A DNA stretch of 64,000 bases. Origin: Candidatus Poribacteria bacterium. GTDB taxonomy: Bacteria > Poribacteria > WGA-4E > PCPOR2b. Location: the NCBI GenBank assembly GCA_965247655.1, contig OZ252032.1, forward strand, positions 1,861,101-1,925,100. Direction: 5' to 3'. The position numbers and the translations under genes were made by a program. A model generated the notes under the pieces. It did no database searches, was not told where the DNA came from, and worked only from the letters and a program-made list of their open reading frames with translations. Of the stretch, positions 56,312-64,000 are shown one piece after another (positions within the stretch are counted from its first letter, which is position 1; the number at the start of each line of letters is the position of its first letter).

Positions 56312-57214
56312 TTACGTCAACTTGTCGAGTGCCATCACCAAAAACACGAGCGGTAAATATATCAATGAGGCGTACAGCAACCGTTTTGCCGCTACGGTCG
56401 ATCGAGAAATAGATAGGTTGATGCCAAATCCAAGAAAGACGATGCTCAACGTCAGTGCGGCGAAAAAATAAACGATACCAGCGATGCCTATTAACGTAGG
56501 TAGTAGTGCTACAACGAGAAGCCCAAGACAGTTGATGACAATCTGTCTGTTCGTGCTTTTGCCATCAGGATGAATAACCGGCAACAAGCGGAATCCAGCC
56601 TGTGCGTATTCGTCGCGATAGATAAACGCTATTGACAGTGAGTGTGGTAGCTGCCAAAGGAACAGAATTGCAAAAAGCACCCACGCTTCGATATTGAGTG
56701 TTCCTCGCGCTGCAACCCAACCGATAACAGGTGGCAATGCGCCCGGAAACGCACCTGCAACAGTACAGAGCGATGTTTTCTGCTTCAGTGGAGTATAGAC
56801 GAACAGATACGTCACAACAATGGCTGAGATGACCAATGCGCCTAAGGCATTTACAGAAAACGCCATATAAAGCAAACCGCTAACGGTCAGTAAAACCCCA
56901 AAAAACAGGGCTGTCGTCGGTTGAAGACGTTGATCCGGCAGCGGACGGTGACACGTTCTCACCATTTGGGCATCTAGGTCGCGTTCAAGGTACTGATTTA
57001 GGGCTAATACGCCTGCCGCTGATAACCCAGTGCCGATGATGGTGTGAATTAGTTGCAGCCAATTAAGCGGTTGCGAGGACGCAATATAAAAGCCGGCTGA
57101 GGTTGTAATCAGTATCATCGAAACGAGTCGCGGTTTTGTCAGTTCAACAAAAATCGACACTCGGCGACTTATTTGGGATAGATCAACCCCTATCGTTTCT
57201 GTTGTTGATATCAT
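56312..57214 (-). CDS. ctaB: protoheme IX farnesyltransferase (heme O synthase, UbiA family)
   Basis: 300 aa, UbiA prenyltransferase motifs (NQYLERDLD; DxxxD-like), 4-bp overlap with ctaA. Confidence 0.85.
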   Translation of the reverse strand: MISTTETIGVDLSQISRRVSIFVELTKPRLVSMILITTSAGFYIASSQPLNWLQLIHTIIGTGLSAAGVLALNQYLERDLDAQMVRTCHRPLPDQRLQPTTALFFGVLLTVSGLLYMAFSVNALGALVISAIVVTYLFVYTPLKQKTSLCTVAGAFPGALPPVIGWVAARGTLNIEAWVLFAILFLWQLPHSLSIAFIYRDEYAQAGFRLLPVIHPDGKSTNRQIVINCLGLLVVALLPTLIGIAGIVYFFAALTLSIVFLGFGINLSISRSTVAAKRLLYASLIYLPLVFLVMALDKLT

Positions 57215-58380
57215 GCGGACACCTCATCGGAAACGAGCCCTCGACTAGCAGCAGGTTCTGATTTACTAGTGAAACGAAAAACGTCCAAGGTTAGTACAAC
57301 GGAGACGATCAGCATTAAAGCACCAATCGCAACATGGGCGGTTGTGATTATAACACCCGCAATAGGAGCCACGCCTTCGCCAAGAGTGGTGAACTCGGCG
57401 AGGTATGCTCCGAAACCCAAAGTTAATTGCATAGCAAGCAGCCCGCTCAATAGCAAAGCCAGCCGAACAAGGGACGGATTTTCTGGATGATTTCTCAAAA
57501 TTCGCCTCAAGAGTAAAAATATGTGAATTGTTACTAGACCCGCGAAAAGCAGGTGGGCATCCAGTCGATTCCCTGTATGCCTCAGCACAGCCCCGAAGAT
57601 AAATTGGATATAGATAAGCCCCAACGTGATGAGACTCAAACGCCTCAGGCGCGCAGCATCTGTGGTCTCAATTTTCACCGATGTTTGCAACCAGCCGCGC
57701 GAAGTAAATAACGCGAGGCACGCAGTCAATGCAAAAAACGCTTGGGCAAAACAGGCATGTATGATAGCGAGAACTCTGCTGAGGTTCGTAACGCGAAATC
57801 CACCCATCACTCCCTGAACGATGACTGCGACAAGTGCGATAACGCCAAGCCATTTCATCCATTTCCGCGCATCTTTTGCCCAGATTGATACCATCAACGC
57901 GATCGTCAGGAAACCAACGATAGATCCGATCAGGCGATGGCTGTGTTCGTACAGCACACCGTGAACGTATACATCAAGCCGCTCGCCCGATTTAATCAGC
58001 GTATAGGTGCGTTCATTCGCTTTATCCGTGAGTTTCCACCTGCTGCTTTGTTCTTCGGTTGAAATTATAACATTTTCTGACACCGAAATCTCGTTTTTTT
58101 CGAGCCCCTTCCGTAGCCCTATGGACAGGTTGCCCTTATCCAGATCGGCTTGGAGATTCGGATCAATGCTGAACAGGAATCCGCTGACTGTTTTCGAGAG
58201 CGGATAGAGAAACATATTGTATCCGAAGGTCGTGGGCCAATCGGGGACAGCGAGCCCCGAATCTGTGCTGGTTACAAGCCCACCCATGCAGATTAGGATG
58301 AAAGTCGTCACAGCGGTGAGTACAGCAAGTCTATGAAGCCACGGACGATACATTGAGTCAGTTTTACCTACCCTTTCCAC
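57211..58380 (-). CDS. ctaA: heme A synthase (COX15/CtaA)
   Basis: 389 aa, 8 TM, conserved His pairs in helices; start may be an internal Met. Confidence 0.8.
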   Translation of the reverse strand: MERVGKTDSMYRPWLHRLAVLTAVTTFILICMGGLVTSTDSGLAVPDWPTTFGYNMFLYPLSKTVSGFLFSIDPNLQADLDKGNLSIGLRKGLEKNEISVSENVIISTEEQSSRWKLTDKANERTYTLIKSGERLDVYVHGVLYEHSHRLIGSIVGFLTIALMVSIWAKDARKWMKWLGVIALVAVIVQGVMGGFRVTNLSRVLAIIHACFAQAFFALTACLALFTSRGWLQTSVKIETTDAARLRRLSLITLGLIYIQFIFGAVLRHTGNRLDAHLLFAGLVTIHIFLLLRRILRNHPENPSLVRLALLLSGLLAMQLTLGFGAYLAEFTTLGEGVAPIAGVIITTAHVAIGALMLIVSVVLTLDVFRFTSKSEPAASRGLVSDEVSA

Positions 58381-58389
58381 GGTTTAGAT

Positions 58390-58415
58390 AGGACGCAGAT
58401 TCAAATCTGCGTCCT
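58390..58415. promoter_or_regulatory. hairpin AGGACGCAGATtcaaATCTGCGTCCT between ctaD and ctaA
   Basis: perfect 11-bp stem; shares the CGCAGAT/ATCTGCG core with the palindrome at 2513..2532. Confidence 0.4.
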
Positions 58416-58424
58416 ATATCACCC

Positions 58425-60287
58425 TTAATCGGCACTGGCTCCGGCAGGTATCGGTTCACCGTGCAACGATTCGCCGTTCGGCTCCGTCTGTGGAGTCCAG
58501 TCTGCTTCGGCACCGGGAACGCTGTACTCATAGGGTCCGTGATATACATGCGGAATCTCCCCAAAGTTGCCATGAGGGACAGGCGTTGGCGCATGCCATT
58601 CGAGAGTGTTCGCTTGCCACGGATTCTGCTCAGCAACCTTCCCGCGGAATATACTCCAGAACACGTTTATTAGCAGCAGAAATTGAGCCGCACCCAAAAT
58701 AAATGCGGAGATTGTAATAAACACATTTATCGGTTGTGCAGATATCGGTTGCATTTGTTGTAAGAATTCATACTGCATCGGGTTGGCGATGCGTCGCATG
58801 TGTCCCCCAACACCGAGGATGTGCATCGGGAAAAAGACACCGTTAAAGGCAAGGAAGGTGATCCAAAAGTGAATCTTGCCGAGGGTCGAATTCATGTGTC
58901 GCCCAAACATCTTGGGGAACCAGTAAAAAATGCCGCCAAAGATAGCGAAGACGCTCCCACCGAAGACAACATAATGGATGTGCGCCACGATGAAGTATGT
59001 ATCGTGGATGTAGATATCCACCGGTGCATTTGCCATAAAGATGCCGCTGAGACCGCCAATAACGAACATCGAGACAAAAGCGAGGGAATTTAACATCGGC
59101 ACTGTAAATCGGATTGATGCACGGTGAAGGGTGCCGATCCAGTTGAAGGTTTTGATTGCCGAGGGGACAGCGATTAACATGGTGGTAGTCATAAAACTCA
59201 ACCCTAATGCCGGGTTCATCCCACTTTGGAACATGTGGTGTCCCCACACAATCCAACTGAGAAAGGCGATCGCTATCATAGCAAAAACCATTGACTTGTA
59301 GCCGAAGATGGGCTTTCTGGCAAAGACAGGGAGCATTTCTGACGCCATACCCATGCCGGGCAGAATGAGGATATACACCTCTGGATGCGCGAAGAACCAG
59401 AAGAGGTGTTGCCATAGCAACGGTTCACCGCCGCCTGACACAGCAAAGAAGGACGTTCCCGCCATCCGGTCAAAGAGAATCAGAGCGAGCGCAGAAGCAA
59501 CGACCGGGAATGCAAGCAGCAGAAGGATTGCGACGATAAAGAGTGACCAAATCACAAGCGGAAGCCGGAAGTAGGTCATTCCCGGTGCTCGCATATTGAC
59601 AATCGTGGTAATATAGTTGATAGACCCCATCAGCGAGGAGATACCCATGATGATTAGGCTAATGCACCAGAGATTCTGTCCCCAATCTACACCGCTATAT
59701 TCAGCGATTGAGGAGAGTGGCGCGTAGCCAGTCCAGCCCGCAGCAGCATGACCACCGGGAACAAAGAACCCAGCCATCATGATAATACCCCCCAACATAT
59801 TAGCCCAGAAGGAGAGCATATTCAGGACCGGGAAAGCCATATCTCTGGTCCCGATCATCAGTGGGATGAGGAAATTACCAAATGCACCAACAAGCAGCGG
59901 TACAACGACGAAGAAAACCATGATGGTGGCGTGCATCGTAAACAGCGAATTATAAAATGCCGGATCTATCACACCGCTGGGCATGTTCGTCTCTAACCAT
60001 GTTTCTTTATCGTCATCGAACCGTTCCTCCCATTTTCGGTCTGCAGCGGTTGTGACTTCGCCCTCCTCCTGATACGCTTTGGAAACCCCTATGATAGGAA
60101 GCGGTCTGTCGGGCCAAGCGAGTTGCCAACGGAAAAGCATCGCAAGCCCACCCCCGACCATGAACATAATCAGCCCAAAGATCAGGAACTGCCTGCCAAT
60201 CATTTTATGATCAAGCGAAAAGATATATTTACGAACAAAACTCTCTTCATGATGATGATCATGAGACTCGTGTGCGTGATCGTTCAT
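58425..60287 (-). CDS. ctaD: cytochrome c oxidase subunit I
   Basis: 620 aa; heme-copper oxidase His ligands, typical helix pattern. Confidence 0.95.
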   Translation of the reverse strand: MNDHAHESHDHHHEESFVRKYIFSLDHKMIGRQFLIFGLIMFMVGGGLAMLFRWQLAWPDRPLPIIGVSKAYQEEGEVTTAADRKWEERFDDDKETWLETNMPSGVIDPAFYNSLFTMHATIMVFFVVVPLLVGAFGNFLIPLMIGTRDMAFPVLNMLSFWANMLGGIIMMAGFFVPGGHAAAGWTGYAPLSSIAEYSGVDWGQNLWCISLIIMGISSLMGSINYITTIVNMRAPGMTYFRLPLVIWSLFIVAILLLLAFPVVASALALILFDRMAGTSFFAVSGGGEPLLWQHLFWFFAHPEVYILILPGMGMASEMLPVFARKPIFGYKSMVFAMIAIAFLSWIVWGHHMFQSGMNPALGLSFMTTTMLIAVPSAIKTFNWIGTLHRASIRFTVPMLNSLAFVSMFVIGGLSGIFMANAPVDIYIHDTYFIVAHIHYVVFGGSVFAIFGGIFYWFPKMFGRHMNSTLGKIHFWITFLAFNGVFFPMHILGVGGHMRRIANPMQYEFLQQMQPISAQPINVFITISAFILGAAQFLLLINVFWSIFRGKVAEQNPWQANTLEWHAPTPVPHGNFGEIPHVYHGPYEYSVPGAEADWTPQTEPNGESLHGEPIPAGASAD

Positions 60288-60396
60288 TCTACATCGACTC
60301 CTTTCTTTTTATTGGTAATTGTATCTTACAAATTGAACCGGAAATTTAAGCCATCCCTAGATGTTGACTGCCTAATCTAATTGTATCGCCCCTTGC

Positions 60397-60678
60397 TTAA
60401 GAGACGACAGCCTCCGACTTTGATAAAGGCTTTGGGGCTAAAGGACGCACGTGAAGGATTTCATCCTCCATAAGTGGTTTCACTGTCGAGGCAGAAACAA
60501 TGATCACATCAATAGTCTCTCCCAAGGCGTTGAAGACTTCAAGCGCGTAGCCTTCTTCATCCCTACTGTTTTTCGCTGCGGGCAGATGTTCTACCACTAC
60601 AGCCACATCTCCTGCGAGCAGGTTGTGTTCGGGCATATCTCGTGTAAGGGCTACCCGTTGATAAAGCTGAATTTTCAT
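60397..60678 (-). CDS. DUF4926-like small protein (TA-like cassette partner)
   Basis: 93 aa; begins 3 bp after upstream ORF stop; resembles the DUF4926 family paired with DUF6883. Confidence 0.45.
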   Translation of the reverse strand: MKIQLYQRVALTRDMPEHNLLAGDVAVVVEHLPAAKNSRDEEGYALEVFNALGETIDVIIVSASTVKPLMEDEILHVRPLAPKPLSKSEAVVS

Positions 60679-60680
60679 TT

Positions 60681-61013
60681 CTATTTCACCACCCGATCCG
60701 GGAATAAAGTCACGAAGCGTATATCCGCTGTCGTTTCGAGTTTAATCCAGATTGTTACGATATGTAGCGTACGTCCGTTTGGTCCGTTTAGGATGCCTCG
60801 AATTTCATATTTGATACCGTAAGGCGTGGTCTTGATATCCGACACCTCACTCGTTTGGATAAGCTGGTGACGGTCGTGCTCCAAAACCTCCCAATTGGCT
60901 AGCGTATATCCGGCCGAAGAAAGAAATTTAGACTTATCATTTTCCTCACGAGGCAATAGCAAATATCGTAACAACTTGTCATGGGGAATAGTAACATCTT
61001 TAGGCAGCCTCAT
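60681..61013 (-). CDS. DUF6883-like small protein (TA-like cassette partner)
   Basis: 110 aa; adjacent to the DUF4926-like ORF. Confidence 0.4.
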   Translation of the reverse strand: MRLPKDVTIPHDKLLRYLLLPREENDKSKFLSSAGYTLANWEVLEHDRHQLIQTSEVSDIKTTPYGIKYEIRGILNGPNGRTLHIVTIWIKLETTADIRFVTLFPDRVVK

Positions 61014-61031
61014 TTAATGCTATCAATTTCA

Positions 61032-61712
61032 TTATTCAGCCCACCGTTCACTCACCCACGCTGCGTAATCTTCAGCTGTGTGGACGGTAAGGTATCCGAG
61101 CATTCCAGAGTGTCCAAACCCACAGAGTTCAGCGCAGGGAATTTCATATGTGCCGGGTTTCGTTGCCTCAAACCACATGTTTATAAACCTCCCGGGAAGG
61201 GCATCTTGCTTGAGCCGGAGTTGAGGGACAAAGAAGCTGTGAATAACATCATCGGCTGTGAGCCTAATATGCACCACCTCATTAACGGGAACATGCAGCT
61301 GGTTCTCAAGTTGCAGGTCATCGTCAGTGCCCCACTCGCCGTCGGGTCCCGGGTAAGTCATGTCCCAGTTAAATTGTTTCCCGTTCACTTGAACGACAGC
61401 ACCGGGGTTACCGGGAAACTGGGAAGGGAACTTAATTTTGTTCCATTGTGGTAAGCTCAACAGTGCGAGACCGAACACAATGACCGTGGTAGCAACTGTC
61501 CACGCAATTTCTAAGGTTGTGCTACCTTCAATGTACTCCGCTTTGCGACCCTCTTGGAAACGGTACTTAATGATGAAGACGATGAGCACCGCCATAACAG
61601 CCACAAATACAATTGAGGTTATCCAGTAGATTAGGACAAAGAGGTTATCAATCCCTTGTCCAAAAGTTGAGACATTCTCTGGAAGCCATGCAGGAAAATT
61701 CAGCCACTTCAT
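61032..61712 (-). CDS. ctaC: cytochrome c oxidase subunit II (CuA)
   Basis: 226 aa; N-terminal TM, CuA site HSF ... CAELCGFGHSGM. Confidence 0.9.
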   Translation of the reverse strand: MKWLNFPAWLPENVSTFGQGIDNLFVLIYWITSIVFVAVMAVLIVFIIKYRFQEGRKAEYIEGSTTLEIAWTVATTVIVFGLALLSLPQWNKIKFPSQFPGNPGAVVQVNGKQFNWDMTYPGPDGEWGTDDDLQLENQLHVPVNEVVHIRLTADDVIHSFFVPQLRLKQDALPGRFINMWFEATKPGTYEIPCAELCGFGHSGMLGYLTVHTAEDYAAWVSERWAE

Positions 61713-61756
61713 TAAGGGCTCCTTTCTAGACTGCTGAATTTGTCAGTTAAACTCTT

Positions 61757-62551
61757 TTATGCCACCTTCGGACGACGACAAGCTGTTCGAGCAGCGGCTA
61801 AATATGTTACAACACAGAACAAACCGGTAACAAGCAGTGATAACGTGAGTTGAGGAATCTCCTCAGCGACTGCGGGTGCGTTAAAGTATAGACAACGACG
61901 CAGGGCCGCAACCCCGTAGGTGAGCGGATTCAATTTCATCGCCCATTCAAGCAATTTCGGCACACCAGATACAGGGAAGAAAGCACCGGAGAGCACCCAA
62001 ATCGGGATAAGAATAAGATTCATAATCGCATGAAAGCCTTGCGTCGAATCCATTCGCCATGCAATCATCAATCCTAAATTTGTCAAGCCAAAGGACACGG
62101 TCAGCATCACACCGAGTGCTGAGAACACGGAAAAGGGACTCAACGGCACCCCAACTATCGGTGCGAGAAACAGAAGAAGGGCACCCTGAAAGAGTGCTAA
62201 GGTTGTACCGCCAAGTGCTTGTCCCAGCACGATAACCCATCTTGAAACCGGGGCAACAAGCACACCTTGAAGAAAACCTTCTCGACGGTCTTGCACAATC
62301 GAGATTGTTGCGAAAATTGCTGTAAACAGTAGTGCAAGCGTGACGATACCGGGGTAAAAATATTCAATATAGCTCGTTCCTTCAGGAACGCCGGGCGGAT
62401 TAAATGATGCGTTTAACCCACCCCCTAAAAGTAGCCAAAAGATTAGCGGTTGCGCAATCGCGCTTACTAGACGGCTTCGTTGACGTAGGAACCGGATGAT
62501 TTCACGCCACCAAATCGTCGCCACAGGGAGTAAGAATCTTGATATTGGCAA
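61757..62551 (-). CDS. ABC-2 family transporter permease (no adjacent ATPase)
   Basis: 264 aa, 6 TM, ABC-2 type membrane pattern. Confidence 0.65.
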   Translation of the reverse strand: MPISRFLLPVATIWWREIIRFLRQRSRLVSAIAQPLIFWLLLGGGLNASFNPPGVPEGTSYIEYFYPGIVTLALLFTAIFATISIVQDRREGFLQGVLVAPVSRWVIVLGQALGGTTLALFQGALLLFLAPIVGVPLSPFSVFSALGVMLTVSFGLTNLGLMIAWRMDSTQGFHAIMNLILIPIWVLSGAFFPVSGVPKLLEWAMKLNPLTYGVAALRRCLYFNAPAVAEEIPQLTLSLLVTGLFCVVTYLAAARTACRRPKVA

Positions 62552-62810
62552 AGTTTAGTTGAGTGCGTTTTAGGTGTCGAAAAGGTTTTCTACTAATTCT
62601 TCTATCGTTTCGCCCTGTGTCCAGTAATCGGGATACGCTTCAAAGTATTCGAGAAACAGTGTCTCATCTCAGAATAATACCAATTATCATCCTTTTCCAC
62701 ATATCACAAATACCCCACCTTGATAACCCCTTTCGACCAAGCAGACAACTCAAACGCTGCGATGAACAACTAGAGAACATGCAGCAGCTCCTTGGGCCTG
62801 CTTAGAAGCA

Positions 62811-63176
62811 TCATGAGATCGCAGGCTGTGGTTTTAACTCAGCCTGAGTCGGTTCAGCTTTCAACGGTACAATACGAAACTCAATCTGCTTGCCAACGGC
62901 TTTGGCGATATACTGAAGCATTAAAACCGCGTCACCAATTGAGCTATCCTCATAGTCGGTCATTTCAAGGTCATCAATAACTTTTGCCGTTGTCCCAACT
63001 TTTTCAGCCAGTTGTTCTTGAGTCAGCGATACGGCTTCACGAAGGTCATAAACCTGTTGAGCGATATTCCCTTTGATTCGTTCGGCTTCAAGCATTTGCA
63101 TCATTTTGGGGTCGTTTTTAAAGTAGAGATGGTGGAGAATCTCCACCGCGGATGTTGTGGTTCGTTTTCCTGTCAT
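62811..63176 (-). CDS. HTH XRE-family antitoxin (HigA-like)
   Basis: 121 aa; HTH LTQEQLAEKVGTTAKVIDDLE; 4-bp overlap with upstream toxin gene. Confidence 0.7.
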   Translation of the reverse strand: MTGKRTTTSAVEILHHLYFKNDPKMMQMLEAERIKGNIAQQVYDLREAVSLTQEQLAEKVGTTAKVIDDLEMTDYEDSSIGDAVLMLQYIAKAVGKQIEFRIVPLKAEPTQAELKPQPAIS

Positions 63177-63547
63177 AGTTCAATTTCCTGTGTATGTTGT
63201 TCTGGGTTTTGCTCAAACTGCTTTTTTCGTCTAATTGCCCTTTCGATTTCTCGGTGTGGCACCTCTGCTATCTTCTTCATGATTCCGTGAGAAATCACAG
63301 CGGCAACATTGCCGTGAAAGAAGTAGAGCATCCGATACCTCACATTTCCCATTCGGGTTCTCAGTTCATAAATCTCATCTCGTAGGAAATCGGCTTGCGG
63401 ACGTCTAAGTTCATGCCCTTGCTCTTGCAAACGTTCAATCAACCATCTGCATTTCGCTTGAGCTCGACGGTTAAGACGATTTAACCAGGCCTGCGTCGGT
63501 ACGCTTCCATCTGTTTCCCTGTAGAATACAACCCGTGTTTCTGGCAT
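63173..63547 (-). CDS. type II toxin-antitoxin RelE/ParE-superfamily toxin (HigB / Gp49-like addiction-module killer)
   Basis: 124 aa; toxin-first gene order with HTH antitoxin; YRMLYFFHGNVAAVISHGIMKK motif typical of HigB/DUF891. Confidence 0.65.
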   Translation of the reverse strand: MPETRVVFYRETDGSVPTQAWLNRLNRRAQAKCRWLIERLQEQGHELRRPQADFLRDEIYELRTRMGNVRYRMLYFFHGNVAAVISHGIMKKIAEVPHREIERAIRRKKQFEQNPEQHTQEIEL

Positions 63548-63605
63548 AGTGGAATCGAAATGTTATTCAAAGTTTTCATGGGAGTTCGGTTGTTGTAATA
63601 GTAAA

Positions 63606-63833
63606 CTAACGCTCCCTCCGAGCATAGTAGTGGCGAACAGTTGTATTGATGAACGAGTTTAGACCCTCGCTCCTGATAGCTAATTCCTTCATCTGCTCAA
63701 TGCTGTGAGAGCCTGCGCTTTCATACGTGTATAGGTAAACTGAGCCAGTAGAAAACTGCACTCTTATGAAATCTGGTCCAATTTCATAAGCCTCGACTCC
63801 AGAATTTCCGCCAAGATTTCCATAGGGTTCCAT
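63606..63833 (-). CDS. KTSC domain-containing protein
   Basis: 75 aa; GSVYLYTY ... conserved KTSC-like pattern. Confidence 0.5.
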   Translation of the reverse strand: MEPYGNLGGNSGVEAYEIGPDFIRVQFSTGSVYLYTYESAGSHSIEQMKELAIRSEGLNSFINTTVRHYYARRER

Positions 63834-64000
63834 ACGCGTCCTCCTATGTGAATATGAGTATATTTTGCGAACCTAAGAACAAAGTTTAGTCGAGGGGGTT
63901 GACTGCCGCTACCTCAAGCATCTTGTTCACTTGCAATGTTTCTCGTATCTCGAATGTGCTTTCCGATACGTTGATACCAGATTAATTTGAGTAAGACAAA

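Noticed and set aside
58390-58415. GATTCAAATC resembles a tRNA T-loop
   Set aside because: It is the loop of a simple perfect palindrome; no acceptor, D or anticodon arms. No tRNA cloverleaf was found anywhere in the window.
62563-62805. 80-aa plus-strand ORF between ABC-2 permease and higA
   Set aside because: Intergenic, no RBS, no motifs; more likely promoter region for the divergent or neighbouring genes.

Overview
This 64-kb window is a gene-dense bacterial chromosome segment with about 85% coding and no rRNA, tRNA or CRISPR. It looks like an aerobic marine or FCB-like heterotroph: a surface protein carries a T9SS-type C-terminal sorting domain, and a perfect sigma70 -35/-10 promoter is also present.

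Gene content in order:
- Two adjacent enolase-superfamily (MR/MLE) dehydratases.
- A methylated-amine catabolic cluster: a DUF3604 protein, a PhyH-family Fe/2OG dioxygenase, heterotetrameric sarcosine oxidase soxBDAG and an AMP-forming ligase.
- A secreted LRR / cohesin-like / dockerin-like / T9SS-CTD modular protein.
- An Rpn/YhgA-like PD-(D/E)XK nuclease.
- A three-subunit xanthine-dehydrogenase-family molybdoenzyme operon in FAD, 2Fe-2S, Mo order.
- An AT-rich island of three ORFans.
- A fused two-domain ABC permease.
- RqcH/NFACT.
- An aapJ-QMP amino-acid ABC transporter operon split by a 3.7-kb insertion. The insertion carries a type II R-M module whose C5-cytosine methyltransferase is disrupted by an IS982-family element with perfect 17-bp TIRs and a 6-bp TSD.
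- A cold-shock protein, then a TPR protein.
- A seven-gene cluster built around a radical-SAM/SPASM enzyme, an Mrp/NBP35 Fe-S carrier, Usp proteins and six copies of a PCP_red-like ~45-aa module.
- Class II fumarase, then an sdhA-sdhB-HdrB-like (CCG) succinate dehydrogenase.
- A caa3-type cytochrome oxidase operon (sco1, coxIV, two coxIII, ctaB, ctaA, ctaD, ctaC) with a DUF6883/DUF4926 two-gene cassette wedged between ctaC and ctaD.
- An orphan ABC-2 permease, a HigB/HigA-like toxin-antitoxin pair and a KTSC protein.

Non-coding signals:
- A family of three structured intergenic repeats; two sit inside the sox operon and one lies 5' of the R-M module.
- A pervasive ACGTGA / TGCGTAAAAC intergenic motif.
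- CGCAGA-based palindromes.
- A 28-bp perfect palindrome inside the ORFan island.

All calls rest on reading the translations and sequence by eye. No database searches were run.
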